Assembly: GCA_965218425.1 (NCBI GenBank)
Contig: OZ244621.1
Coordinates: 3,008,001 to 3,072,000 of the forward strand
Direction: 5' to 3'
From: an uncultured Candidatus Binatia bacterium
GTDB lineage: Bacteria > Desulfobacterota > Binatia > UBA9968 > CAXXLF01
DNA: 64,000 nt
In this document: positions 29,750-39,900 of the stretch, one piece after another
Position numbering within the stretch: position 1 is the first letter of the stretch
How the letters are laid out: each line of letters opens with the position of its first letter
Translations under genes and position numbers: made by a program
The notes under the pieces: generated by a model
The model's database searches: none
What the model was told of the DNA's origin: nothing
What the model saw: only the letters and a program-made list of their open reading frames with translations

Positions 29750-30820
29750 GTAGCATGAAACTACTCCAATGCCGTTGGCGGGCGCAAGCTGCCGTCGCAG
29801 GCTTCCAGGGGATGGAGCGGAACGCATGATGAGCTACGGAACAAGCAACGGAAGTAGCCGGTCATCGGGGTAGAGAAGCCAAGGAGAAGCTGAGTCCCAG
29901 GGGCCGCAGGGCAGGACGAGAAACCGGCCCCCTGCAAGCGCAAGATTGGGAAGATTAAGAGTTTTCTGAACTCCAGCCCCAACAACATCGGCTCCAGTGC
30001 TACCGAGCCCAAGAGCAACACCACCGATCCCCAAAGCGCCAAGATGTGGACGAACCACGCAGTGGTTCAGGGCTACAACGGATTGGCAGTGGTGGATGAA
30101 AAACATCGAGTCATGGTCAAGGCTAAAGCCCACGGGGGCAGGACAGCAATCGCACTTGCTTGAGCCCATGGTTGAGAGCACGGGGGAAGAACTCAAAGCT
30201 GTTAAGATGGCCCAAGATGTTTACCAACGAACGAAGTGACCGCCGACGCGGGTTATCCCGGCGGAGCATGGGTCAGTTGCGCCCCAGACAACGGCCTGGA
30301 TGCCTAATGGCCGATGGCAGCTATCGCCAGGGTGATCGAGCATTTGCGGATTACCGTCGGTGTAAGGTTCGATTCCGAAAAGACAAGGGTCGTTATTATG
30401 GGATTGATTCTCACGGTTTCACGGCTAAAGAGTTCATTTACGATGAGAGGAATCGGAGTTGTGGTTGTCCGGCGGGAAATCGCCTGTAGCGTAACGGCAA
30501 CGACATCAACGTCCATGGGTTTATCGGCATGAAGTTTTGCGGCGCCAAGTGGGTATGCGGGCCAGGCATGCTGAGAGAGGGTTGTCTAAAGACGCCTAAG
30601 ACAACCGAGACCGGGCAGGTGAGCATCTTTATGGACCGTTCTGACCAAACTAAGGACAGCCCGATGGAAAGGATGAAACGGAGGTTCGACACCTTATTCG
30701 GCCAGTTCATCTACGACATGCGGCTTGGGGTCGTGGAGCCGGTGTTCGGCAATCTGAAAAACAAGGGGATGGGTCGATTCACGCTACGGGGAAAGAAGAA
30801 AGTAAATACTCAATGGCAGT
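29750..30820 (+). pseudogene. IS1182-family transposase remnant, multiply frameshifted
   Basis: Fragments in different frames: SNTTDPQSAKM..QGYN..AVVDEKH, TADAGY, F.YD..CPAG, R..VVEPVFGNLK..G..RFTLRG..KV..QW. Boundaries are approximate. Confidence 0.8.
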
Positions 30821-30882
30821 GCCCTGAAATGATAGATTTTTGGCGGTTTTTTGCTGCTCCACTGAAATGAACTAGGGCCTGC

Positions 30883-31413
30883 TCAAGCGGGGGCCTTTTC
30901 TTCACCCTTCCAATCGGGGGAGTTCTCCACCTGCTCGAACATGTTTCCCAGCACCTTAGCAAATGGGTTGTAGCGGAAGGCCATCCACCTGGCGGGCGCC
31001 CCTTTGACTTTATTGTAGTGCTTGTGGGTACAGCCTTCGGGCTTCACCGGCAGGATAATCAGGTCCCACTTGTCCCATTCCACTCTCTGATTGTCCAATT
31101 CCGTATGTCCTTCACCTTCGAGGACAAATATCTGAATTCCTCCCTGGTGCTTGTGCTTTCCTGAATGGACCTTGATATCATGAATAAAACAGGTCCATTC
31201 GGTAGCCGCCGTGTCATCATGACCGTGCCAGGAAAGAAAGGTCTTCGTTAAGCCCTGGCGACCCTGGTGCCAGGGACGCTCCTTGGCCTTGATTACGATC
31301 TTGCCCGACTTGGCACGATCCCTGGCCTCGGCGTTTAACCTCAGCGTGTTCTCGTAGTGCTCTCCCTGGTCTTTCTGTACGGGCTCTTTCTCTCTTACCC
31401 TTTCCCTCTCCAT
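30883..31413 (-). CDS. Small cupin (MERERVREKEP family), tandem copy
   Basis: HSGKHKHQGG..HKH. Start at ATG 31413 with AAGGAG RBS. Confidence 0.85.
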   Translation of the reverse strand: MERERVREKEPVQKDQGEHYENTLRLNAEARDRAKSGKIVIKAKERPWHQGRQGLTKTFLSWHGHDDTAATEWTCFIHDIKVHSGKHKHQGGIQIFVLEGEGHTELDNQRVEWDKWDLIILPVKPEGCTHKHYNKVKGAPARWMAFRYNPFAKVLGNMFEQVENSPDWKGEEKAPA

Positions 31414-31459
31414 GTTCAAAACTCCTTTTTTCGGTACTAAATGACCTAGTCCGTGCGGA

Positions 31460-31993
31460 TCAAGCCGAGGTACTTTTTTCTTCACCCTTCCAATCAGGAG
31501 AGTTCTCCACTTGATCAAACATGTTGCCAAGCACACTAGTAAACGGATGATACCGAAAGGCCATCCACTTGGCAGGTGAACCTTTTACCTTATTATAGTG
31601 TTTGTGGGTGCAGCCATTGGGTTTCACGGGGAGGATGATCAGGTCCCATTTCTCCCACTCAACTTTTTCATTATCCACTTCTGTATATCCGTCCCCTTCG
31701 AGAACAAACAACTGGATTCCACCCTGGTGCCGATGTTTTCCCGAATGGGCTTTCACGTCATGGATAAAGCATGTCCAGTCTTGTGCAGCCGTGTCATCCA
31801 TGTCATGCCAGGCGAGGTATGATTTGATAAACCCCTGTTTGCCTTGACTCCAGGGGCGCTCTTTGCCCTTGATGACGATCTTGCCTTTCTTGGCACGTTC
31901 CCTGGCCTCGGCGTTGAGTCTCAATGTGTTTTCGTAATGCTCTCCCTGGTCTTTTTGTACCGGTTCTTTCTCTCTGACTCGTTCTCTCTCCAT
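31460..31993 (-). CDS. Small cupin (MERERVREKEP family), tandem copy
   Basis: HSGKHRHQGG..HKH. AAGGA RBS. Confidence 0.85.
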   Translation of the reverse strand: MERERVREKEPVQKDQGEHYENTLRLNAEARERAKKGKIVIKGKERPWSQGKQGFIKSYLAWHDMDDTAAQDWTCFIHDVKAHSGKHRHQGGIQLFVLEGDGYTEVDNEKVEWEKWDLIILPVKPNGCTHKHYNKVKGSPAKWMAFRYHPFTSVLGNMFDQVENSPDWKGEEKSTSA

Positions 31994-32069
31994 GTATGTT
32001 ATCCTTTCTTAGCTGTGTGTGAATTGTATATCATTCGCCCATTGTAGAGTCAAGGCTGTGACGTTATGC

Positions 32070-33029
32070 CTAGGCGGTGGCCCGTTTTGCGCTCCTGGGA
32101 CGGTACTTCTCGCAAAGGCCCTTCCAATGTTCCACACGCGTTTGGATACTTTTCAGCACGTTCTCCGGCACGTTGATAAAGGGTGGGCGTAACGAACCCG
32201 GGTTACAGTAACCCGCCTGCTGAATAGCGATCTTGGCCGCCGTTTCGCGCCAGCTCAGATTGGGTGGCCCGCCCATACCAGAGGTGAGGCCAAGGATAAT
32301 CTCCCTGGCCGTTGCTACATCGTTCTCATTAATCGCATCCCGGAGACGTAACACGGGCCAAGGTCCCATCCAGGCATCAATGGACCAGCAACCGGCCGCC
32401 CCAAGTGAGGCGAAGGGATGATACTGCGCCTGGTTTACGAAGACGCTCATTTTGCCATTGACAACCTCCATGAGCCTCATAAATTCCGGTGTGGTTCGGT
32501 GACTGTCCTTCATGGCCACGACGTTGGGACTCTGGGTTATTCTTTTAAGGGCGTCTACGGGTAAAGTTACATTGTGCAGCGTAGGATTGTGGTAGACCAT
32601 AATAGCCAGATCCGGGAACATCTCAGCGATGTCATGGTAGAATTGCACCGCATTATCCACGGTGGAAGGAAAATAGAAGGGAACACCTACCAGCACGCCG
32701 GTTCCCCCGGCTTCCCGAATGAACTTCATCTTTTGGACGGTTTCCCGGCTATTCAGGCTGGTACAGCCTATGAAGAGCGGTACCCGGCCGTTCACCGCTT
32801 CCACCGTGGCACGGGTTATGGTTTCAAACTCTTCCCATAAAAGCGTGTGAAATTCGCCAAAGCTTCCTGTGGTAGTGATAACGTCACCGCCGTCGGAGAT
32901 CATCCGGTCGACACCCGCTTTTAAATTGTCCACATCAATGGTGGACGTGGAATGAATGTCATTGGCGTCTGGGGTGGCGAAGGCAGGCATCATTGCCATT
33001 ACTCCGTGGAGATCCTTCGCGGTTAGCAT
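32070..33029 (-). CDS. NahE-like hydratase-aldolase (DHDPS/NAL family)
   Basis: LTAKDLHG..MMP..TPDA.D..ST.T.D and GSFGE..TL.WEE resemble trans-o-hydroxybenzylidenepyruvate hydratase-aldolase. YHNP and the Schiff-base Lys in AMKDS are present. Confidence 0.8.
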   Translation of the reverse strand: MLTAKDLHGVMAMMPAFATPDANDIHSTSTIDVDNLKAGVDRMISDGGDVITTTGSFGEFHTLLWEEFETITRATVEAVNGRVPLFIGCTSLNSRETVQKMKFIREAGGTGVLVGVPFYFPSTVDNAVQFYHDIAEMFPDLAIMVYHNPTLHNVTLPVDALKRITQSPNVVAMKDSHRTTPEFMRLMEVVNGKMSVFVNQAQYHPFASLGAAGCWSIDAWMGPWPVLRLRDAINENDVATAREIILGLTSGMGGPPNLSWRETAAKIAIQQAGYCNPGSLRPPFINVPENVLKSIQTRVEHWKGLCEKYRPRSAKRATA

Positions 33030-33172
33030 ATGTTTCCTCCCCTTCTTCTGTTTGGTGGGTTGTTCAAAAACAATTTGACATTACCTGCCTATCTTATCAA
33101 TAATGGCCTCTAAGAACAAGCCTGTCGGTGTTGGATGTCCTCCTAGCCCTGGGCGCTCCGGAAAGTTTCTTT

Positions 33173-33309
33173 GCTCCACAAGACTCCAGTAGCGATCCTA
33201 TGGAGGCTTGCTCAGTGCTCCTCGGGGAACGAGTCTTCAGGCCGTGGGCAATAGGCCTGTAAATATCTGAAGCTGCACGTTCGATGCCCACGCCCTTCAC
33301 CTTCATTCC
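33173..33309 (-). repeat. Conserved structured intergenic element, copy 2
   Basis: CGTGGGCATCGAACGTGCAGCTTCAGATATTTACAGGCCTATTGCCCACGGCC on the minus strand aligns with 2850-2902. Confidence 0.75.
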
Positions 33310-33582
33310 TCTCGTCGAACCTGAAGCAGCCCATGCGTTCCCAGTGTGGGCGGACCCCCTGCGCCTGCAATGTTTAGCTCAGTCCCCTGCCAGGACCAGG
33401 GTTTGTAGCGGTCTGAATCACTCTTTGTCTCAAAAACTTGAAAGGGCATTGTGCAAGTTGACAGCCTCCACCATTTCGCATACAAGATCGGAAGCAACTG
33501 AAACAAATTCTTGGGCTTGCGGTTCTAATGCTCGCTGCGAGTCTACTAACATAATAGGCTCTAGTTAATTAAGGAGGCAAGT

Positions 33583-35040
33583 ATGGGGTCCGTTGGATAC
33601 AACGATCTGCGGGAATTTATCGATGCGGCGAAGGAGATTAGTGATTTCCGACAGGTGGACGGGGCAGATTGGAACACTGAGATCGGTACCCTCATCGAGG
33701 CGACGACAGAATTGATCCCACAACCTCCCATGCTCATGTTCGATAACATCAAAGGCTACCCTAAGGGATACAGGGTGTTGAGCCTCCCTTTTGCCGCGTA
33801 TAAACGGGTGGCCCTTGCTTTGGGGCTCCCAACGGACAGGAGCAAGCTTGAAATTCTACGGTTGGCCACTCGCAAATTCAAATCGGCGACTCCCATTCCA
33901 CCCAAAGAGGTGTCCACCTCGCCTCTCATGGAGAACGTTTCCAAGGGAGACGAAGTGGATTTGTTAAAGTTCCCAGCCTTGCATTATCACGAACATGATG
34001 GAGGACGCTATCTTGGGACCGGCGATTGCCTCATTAATGCCGACCTAGAGGGGAACTTCATCAACATGGGCACCTATCGGATGCAACTCCACGATAAAAA
34101 TCTACTGGGATTGTGGATGAGTCCCGGGCAGCATGGGAGGCTCATCTGCATGAAGTATTGGGAACAGGGCAAAGCCTGTCCCGTGGTAGCCGCCTTCAGC
34201 GTGCATCCACTTGCATTCATGGTCTCCCATTCCAAGGTTCCCTGGGGCCATTCGGAATTGGAACTTGTGGGGGGGCTTATGGGCAAACCGTTTGAAGTCA
34301 TTCGTGGGCCCATTACCGGTCTTCCCATACCAGCCAGTGCAGAGATTGCCATTGAAGGGGAAGTTCCTCCACCCAATAAGGAAGCTCGCGATGAGGGTCC
34401 ATACGGCGAATGGCCGGGATATTACTCCGGTGGGACCATAGGGACGGGTGAAGCTCAACCGGTTATCAAGGTTAAGGCACTGTACCACAGAAACAATCCC
34501 ATCCTTGAAGACGAGGCCCCGCAATGGACAATGGCCATGAAGATGGACATAAGCATATCCTCAGGGGTCTTGTGGGATCAGCTGGAGAGCGCAGGGATCC
34601 AGGACGTGGTAGGGGTGTATAGCCATAGTCCTTACCTGGTAGTTGTTTCCATTAAGCAACGGTACGCAGGGCATGCGAGACAGGCAGGATTGGCTGCTCT
34701 GAGCTGCTCGGCTGCGGCCCGTAACGGAAGATACGTTGTGGTGGTGGACGAAGATATCGATCCTACAAACATTAAGGATGTGCAGTGGGCCATGATGACC
34801 CGCGTGGATCCTAAAACCAACATTGATATTATAGATCAGTGTTGGAGTACTCCTCTGGATCCGCGCATGCCTCCGGACAGGCGAGATTCCGGTGATCACA
34901 CCAATAGCAGGGCCGTTTTTTACGCAGTCAGGCCGTTTGAATGGCGCGATAAGTTTCCCAAGGTTAGCCGGAGCCGGCGGGATCTGCGCGAACAGGTCAT
35001 AAAGAAGTTTCAGGGAATCATCCCTTTCCCCGGAGTGTAA
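33583..35040 (+). CDS. UbiD-family (de)carboxylase
   Basis: DGGRYLG, NMGTYR, PASAEIAIEG, EGPYGEW, VVDEDID, STPLDP. Confidence 0.92.
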   Translation: MGSVGYNDLREFIDAAKEISDFRQVDGADWNTEIGTLIEATTELIPQPPMLMFDNIKGYPKGYRVLSLPFAAYKRVALALGLPTDRSKLEILRLATRKFKSATPIPPKEVSTSPLMENVSKGDEVDLLKFPALHYHEHDGGRYLGTGDCLINADLEGNFINMGTYRMQLHDKNLLGLWMSPGQHGRLICMKYWEQGKACPVVAAFSVHPLAFMVSHSKVPWGHSELELVGGLMGKPFEVIRGPITGLPIPASAEIAIEGEVPPPNKEARDEGPYGEWPGYYSGGTIGTGEAQPVIKVKALYHRNNPILEDEAPQWTMAMKMDISISSGVLWDQLESAGIQDVVGVYSHSPYLVVVSIKQRYAGHARQAGLAALSCSAAARNGRYVVVVDEDIDPTNIKDVQWAMMTRVDPKTNIDIIDQCWSTPLDPRMPPDRRDSGDHTNSRAVFYAVRPFEWRDKFPKVSRSRRDLREQVIKKFQGIIPFPGV

Positions 35041-35119
35041 ATCGGAAAGCGTGATATACTATTGCGGATTAGATTAAAACGAGTTCTTTCGGCGCAATAA
35101 CTCCAAGGGGGCAAAAGCT

Positions 35120-36424
35120 ATGATGACTCAAGAAGAGAACGAACTGTTAACTCGAGTGGGTCCCGGCACACCGGCTGGCGAGATGCTCAGACGTTATTGG
35201 CAACCGGTGGCATTGGCCGAGGAGCTGCCACCGGGGGGAGCCCCAAAGGCGGTTAGGTTCTTCGGCGAGGACCTGGTGCTCTTTCGAGACGATCAGGGAA
35301 AAATCGGTCTCCTGGACATTCACTGCTGCCACCGTGGCGCAGATCTCAGCTATGGGCGGGTGGAAGACGGAGGACTCCGCTGTATTTATCATGGTTGGCT
35401 CTATGATGTGAAGGGAAACTGTTTAGACCAGCCTGGCGAGGCCGAAGGGGGCAAGAACCGTGAAGCCATTCGGCACAAAGCCTATCCCTGCCAGGAGAAG
35501 GCGGGGTTGATCTTCGGATACTTTGGTCCTGGCGAGCCGCCCCTGCTGCCGGCATACGAGATATTTGAGATTCCAGAGGAGTACCGATTCGCCCACAAAG
35601 TCTACTCCGAATGTAACTATTTACAGGGGAACGAGGGTAATATTGACCCGCGTCACCTTTCCTTCCTGCATCGTTTTTTCGACGAGAATCTAGTGGTTGA
35701 GTCGAGAGAGTCCCGGTACAGGACGGTGGGCAGGAGCAATAGCTCACCCAATCAGCTCTGCGGTGAGAATCTGGCTCCGCCCATTGAACTCGAACTGGAA
35801 GATTTCGGCGTGCGTATCCATACCTGGCGCCCGGTGGGGGAAAACGCCTACCTCAGGGTTTCCAATTTTGTGATGCCAAACCTCTGTACCGTTCCCGGAG
35901 AGACCCAAGGAGCGGGATACCTTGTTAACTGGCACGTGCCCATCGACGACGAACATCATTGGAAATTTATGATCGTTTTCAGTCGTGAGGAACCTCTGAA
36001 CAAGGAAGTGTTTCACAGTCGCTATACTACGGGGATGCTTCCTGGATACCAATCAGCGCGCAATGCCTCTAATCGCTATCTCCAGGATCGAAATGAGTTG
36101 AAAACCCGGTCCTATACGGGGATGGGATCGTCCTTTCCAGTGCACGATCTCTATGCCACGGAGAGTCAGGGGGCCATTCAGGATCGGACCAAGGAACACC
36201 TGGTCACTTCAGACAAAGCCATTGTTGCGGCGCGTAAACAGCTCTTGAAAGCGATTAAAGATGTTCAAGAAGGCCGCGATCCGATGCATGTGATCCGCAA
36301 TTCTGAACAGAACCGCTTCCCGCATATGCTTGTCATATCGGAAGTTGTTCCCACCTCGACTGATATGAAAAACTATGTGCAGGAGGTGGAATCGGGAGCG
36401 CAGGAAAAGTCGAGCGTCGTGTAG
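35120..36424 (+). CDS. Rieske oxygenase alpha subunit, phthalate 4,5-dioxygenase (OphA2)-like
   Basis: ENELLTRVGPGTP, CCHRG...CIYHGW, EGNIDPRHLSFLH, ESQG.IQDRTKEHL..SD. Confidence 0.92.
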   Translation: MMTQEENELLTRVGPGTPAGEMLRRYWQPVALAEELPPGGAPKAVRFFGEDLVLFRDDQGKIGLLDIHCCHRGADLSYGRVEDGGLRCIYHGWLYDVKGNCLDQPGEAEGGKNREAIRHKAYPCQEKAGLIFGYFGPGEPPLLPAYEIFEIPEEYRFAHKVYSECNYLQGNEGNIDPRHLSFLHRFFDENLVVESRESRYRTVGRSNSSPNQLCGENLAPPIELELEDFGVRIHTWRPVGENAYLRVSNFVMPNLCTVPGETQGAGYLVNWHVPIDDEHHWKFMIVFSREEPLNKEVFHSRYTTGMLPGYQSARNASNRYLQDRNELKTRSYTGMGSSFPVHDLYATESQGAIQDRTKEHLVTSDKAIVAARKQLLKAIKDVQEGRDPMHVIRNSEQNRFPHMLVISEVVPTSTDMKNYVQEVESGAQEKSSVV

Positions 36425-36449
36425 TTTGTGCTCATTCTAAGGGGGTGTT

Positions 36450-37637
36450 ATGGCTCGAGTGTTGAGAATGGGAATGGCGGGCCTTGGAGTCGCCAGCACT
36501 CAAATCCTTCCCTCTGTGGCGAGGCTTTCACATATAAAAATCGCCGCAGCGGTGGATGTTCGAAAAGAAGCCATGGGAAAGTTTCGTGAAGAATACGGGG
36601 GAAAGACCTTCGATACCGTTGAGGAGATGTGCAAGAGCGACACCATCGACTTTATTTATATAGCCACCCCCAATGAGCTACATGCCGAGCATGTGATCAC
36701 GGCCGCAAAGCACGGCAAACATGCCATTGTGGAAAAGCCCATGGCGCTGTCCATTGAACAAAGTGAGGCCATGAACGACGCGGCGGAAAAATACGGGACT
36801 AAACTGCTGTGCGGACACACCCACAGCTTCGATCCCCCCGTCAGGAAGATACGGGAAATCGTCAAAAATGGCGAGCTGGGTAGGCTCTGCATGATCAACA
36901 CCTGGAATTACAACGAGTTCATGTACCGCCCGAGGATGAAGCATGAGCTGGCCACGAGCCGGGGAGTGGTGTTAAACCAGGGGCCCCATCAGGTGGATGT
37001 GGTCCGATTGATTGGCGGAGGAATGGTCAGGAGTGTCAGAGCCACCACTGGCATCTGGGACCCATCCCGTGTCCACGAGGGAAGTTATGTAGTCTATTTA
37101 GAATTTGAAAACGGAGTACCTGCCACTCTGGTCTATAGCGGTTACGGTTTCTTTGACACGGCTGAGCTCCACTGGTGGGTGGGGGAAGGGGGCCAGCCAA
37201 GGAAGCCAGATCATAATCTCAATGTGCGACGCAGGCTCCGTGCAATCAGTGACCCCGAAAAGGAGGAATCACTTAAGGAGCAAATGCGCTACGGGGGGCA
37301 ACGTGAGGGAGAGTACAGTCACAGGTCTCAGGGTGAGAGGAAACAACCCTTCTTTGGCTTCACTGTAGTGACTTGTGAAAAGGGCGACATCCGGCAGTCT
37401 CAGGACGGGTTGATTATTTATGGAGATGAAGAAAAGCGCGAGGTGCCCCTTGAGGCGCGTCGAATCGGACGGGAAGCCGAGATGGACGAGCTTTACAATG
37501 CGGTGGTGAACAAACGGCCGGTCTTTCACGATGGTCGCTGGGGTGAGGCAACCCTCGAGGTTTGCATTGCGATATTGGAATCTGCCAAGCAACGGAAGGA
37601 ATTATCTCTTTCCCATCAGGTACCGAGCCCCGAATGA
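36450..37637 (+). CDS. Gfo/Idh/MocA oxidoreductase, phthalate cis-dihydrodiol dehydrogenase (OphB/Pht4)-like
   Basis: EKPMAL, GHTHSFD, NYNEFMYRPR..EL, Q.PHQVDVVRL, WDPSR..EG, YSGYG.FD, ATLEVC. Confidence 0.82.
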   Translation: MARVLRMGMAGLGVASTQILPSVARLSHIKIAAAVDVRKEAMGKFREEYGGKTFDTVEEMCKSDTIDFIYIATPNELHAEHVITAAKHGKHAIVEKPMALSIEQSEAMNDAAEKYGTKLLCGHTHSFDPPVRKIREIVKNGELGRLCMINTWNYNEFMYRPRMKHELATSRGVVLNQGPHQVDVVRLIGGGMVRSVRATTGIWDPSRVHEGSYVVYLEFENGVPATLVYSGYGFFDTAELHWWVGEGGQPRKPDHNLNVRRRLRAISDPEKEESLKEQMRYGGQREGEYSHRSQGERKQPFFGFTVVTCEKGDIRQSQDGLIIYGDEEKREVPLEARRIGREAEMDELYNAVVNKRPVFHDGRWGEATLEVCIAILESAKQRKELSLSHQVPSPE

Positions 37638-37693
37638 GCATTGGAGCTGTGTGATAGCGTGGTGCAATTCTAGCGGAGAAAAGGCGGTATAAG

Positions 37694-38860
37694 ATGTTTA
37701 GTCAATTAAGATCGAAGCCGAGCAATTGGTCCGTTGTGCTTTCTTCTTTCGTTATTTTGTTGGCTTGGGGTTCGCTGACAAACGCCAAGGCTCAATCGGC
37801 CAGGCAATCGGAGTGGGAAAAGACCCTGGAGGCTGCCCATCGGGAGGGACGGGTGGTTTTAAACGTGGCCAGGAGGTATGATCGGATTTTTCGTCATTTT
37901 CAAAAGAAATATCCGAAGATCAAAGTAATCACCATCGGCGGACGCGGGAGTCAGATTGCGGAGCGCGTGATGGCAGAGCGACGGGCCGGAAAGTACCTCT
38001 CGGATATTTATCTCAGCGGTTCGGGAACGCCCTATAGGATTTTTTATCGGCGAAGGGTCCTGGCCTCGGTTAAATCAACTCTAATATTACCCGAAGTCCT
38101 GGATCAGTCGAAGTGGTGGGGAGGCAAGCATTTTTATCATGATGATGACAGTGAATATATCCTTGCCTTTAATGGGATCCCCCAGTCCTACTTCGCCTAC
38201 AACACAAATGTAGTCAACCCGAAGGAAATCAAATCATACTGGGATTTTCTCGATCCAAAATGGAAAGGAAAGATCGTTAGCCTGGACCCCACCATGGGAG
38301 GAGCCGTTAGTGGCGTGCTAACGTTTATCTATCGGAACCCCAAGCTTGGCCTTGACTATCTAAGACGGTTTTTAAGTGAAACGGATCTCACGCCTACCCG
38401 TAGCGGGATTCAGTTGGTGAACTGGTTGGCGGTAGGTAAATACCCGATTTCCGCTTTGGCTCCGCCCGACAGAGTAGGCATCTACGATGCTCAGAAGCAG
38501 GGCCTGCCGGTGAACATTTTTGATTCCCGGAATTTTAAGGAAGGAATTCCCTTGAGTACCAGTAGCGGCAATGTGGCATTGTTCAAAAATGCCCCCAACC
38601 CTAACGCAGCGAAAGTGGCCATTAACTGGCTCCTTTCCCGAGAGGGGCAGAAAGTCTATCAAAAGGTCAATCTGGACAAGAACTCATTGCGCATTGACAT
38701 TCCGAAGGACGATGTACTGTCGCACGTGCAGCGGGAAAAAGGAGTTGAATACCAGATCCTTGCAGGACCAGGGTTAAAAGAATTGGGACCGGTGCTGGAG
38801 GTCATAAGAGAGGTTTGGAAAAAGAAAAGGCCCGGGAGGAAGGGCAAGAAAAAGTCATAA
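37694..38860 (+). CDS. ABC substrate-binding protein (AfuA/FbpA type), orphan
   Basis: Signal peptide ending AKA; ERRAGKY, YNT, DPKWKG, APNPNAAKV..NWLLSREGQ. Paralog of 59254. Confidence 0.88.
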   Translation: MFSQLRSKPSNWSVVLSSFVILLAWGSLTNAKAQSARQSEWEKTLEAAHREGRVVLNVARRYDRIFRHFQKKYPKIKVITIGGRGSQIAERVMAERRAGKYLSDIYLSGSGTPYRIFYRRRVLASVKSTLILPEVLDQSKWWGGKHFYHDDDSEYILAFNGIPQSYFAYNTNVVNPKEIKSYWDFLDPKWKGKIVSLDPTMGGAVSGVLTFIYRNPKLGLDYLRRFLSETDLTPTRSGIQLVNWLAVGKYPISALAPPDRVGIYDAQKQGLPVNIFDSRNFKEGIPLSTSSGNVALFKNAPNPNAAKVAINWLLSREGQKVYQKVNLDKNSLRIDIPKDDVLSHVQREKGVEYQILAGPGLKELGPVLEVIREVWKKKRPGRKGKKKS

Positions 38861-38902
38861 TTAGGTTATTCCCGGTAAATCGCCGAGAAGGTTATTGTTC
38901 TC

Positions 38903-39868
38903 ATGGCTCCTGCTCCGGTTATGGTCATTGGCGGGTCCGGTTTTCTCGGCTCCCACGTTTGCCTCGAGCTGGCTGAGAAAAGTATCGACGTCATCTCCTT
39001 TGACGTTCAAGCCCCTGATTTCGAGGTGCCTAAATCGACCCCTGGTTCCATAAGGTCCGTTGTGGGGGATATTTTGGACCCGAAATCGTTGTCCGATTGT
39101 GTTCGTGACCTTGGCGTCGGCGCAATCATTCATACTGTGGCCTTCGGTAACGAGGCTGCCGCAAGACAGAGTCCCCATCCTGCGATTACACTGAATGTTC
39201 AAGGCACCTTGAACGTTTTGGAGGCGGCTAGGAAAAACGAGATCCAAAGGCTTGTTTATATCAGTACCGCCGGGGTCTACGGCAAACAAAGCGAAGAAGC
39301 TCCCATCAAGGAAGACCAGGCCATCACCTGGCGGGGAACCATCTATCATCCGAGCCATTACATGGGCGAAATCCTGGTGGAGATGTTTCACCAGGTCTAC
39401 GGTGTGCAGGGGGTTATTCTCCGTCCCCTGTCACTCTACGGGCCCGCCCTCTCATCGAACAAGGACAAACACCTAAGGACAAAATCTCTGTTCCTGGGAG
39501 GGTGGATTAAGCAGGCCCTTAAGGGAGAGGTCACGGAGATCCATCATGCGGACACTCTCACTGATCTTACCTACGTAAAGGACTTGGCCACCGCGGTATT
39601 GTTGGCCTATGCCACGCCAAAATTAAAGCAATGGGTGTTTAACATTAGCTCGGGGGTTCTGGTGTCCTATAGAGACATTGCCCTAGCCATTCAGAACAAT
39701 CTACCCAGTGCGGAATTTGAGTTTCACCCGGGAACACAGGACAACCCCCTAAGGCCCAACCGAGGCCCGTTGGATATTTCCAGGGCCAAAGAGGAGTTTC
39801 AGTTCGTGCCGCAGTATGATCTACAGCACGGGATGCATAAATTTATTGCTTGGTGTATGGCTGGTTAA
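38903..39868 (+). CDS. NAD-dependent epimerase/dehydratase with an atypical catalytic motif
   Basis: GGSGFLG, NVQGT.NV, ST..VYG. YHPSH replaces YxxxK. Confidence 0.82.
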   Translation: MAPAPVMVIGGSGFLGSHVCLELAEKSIDVISFDVQAPDFEVPKSTPGSIRSVVGDILDPKSLSDCVRDLGVGAIIHTVAFGNEAAARQSPHPAITLNVQGTLNVLEAARKNEIQRLVYISTAGVYGKQSEEAPIKEDQAITWRGTIYHPSHYMGEILVEMFHQVYGVQGVILRPLSLYGPALSSNKDKHLRTKSLFLGGWIKQALKGEVTEIHHADTLTDLTYVKDLATAVLLAYATPKLKQWVFNISSGVLVSYRDIALAIQNNLPSAEFEFHPGTQDNPLRPNRGPLDISRAKEEFQFVPQYDLQHGMHKFIAWCMAG

Positions 39869-39900
39869 GCGAAGGCTGGAAGCATTTTTGGAGGAAAGGG

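Noticed and set aside
22847..30870. True composite transposon
   Set aside because: The flanking elements belong to different IS families, both are defective, and no shared target duplication is evident.
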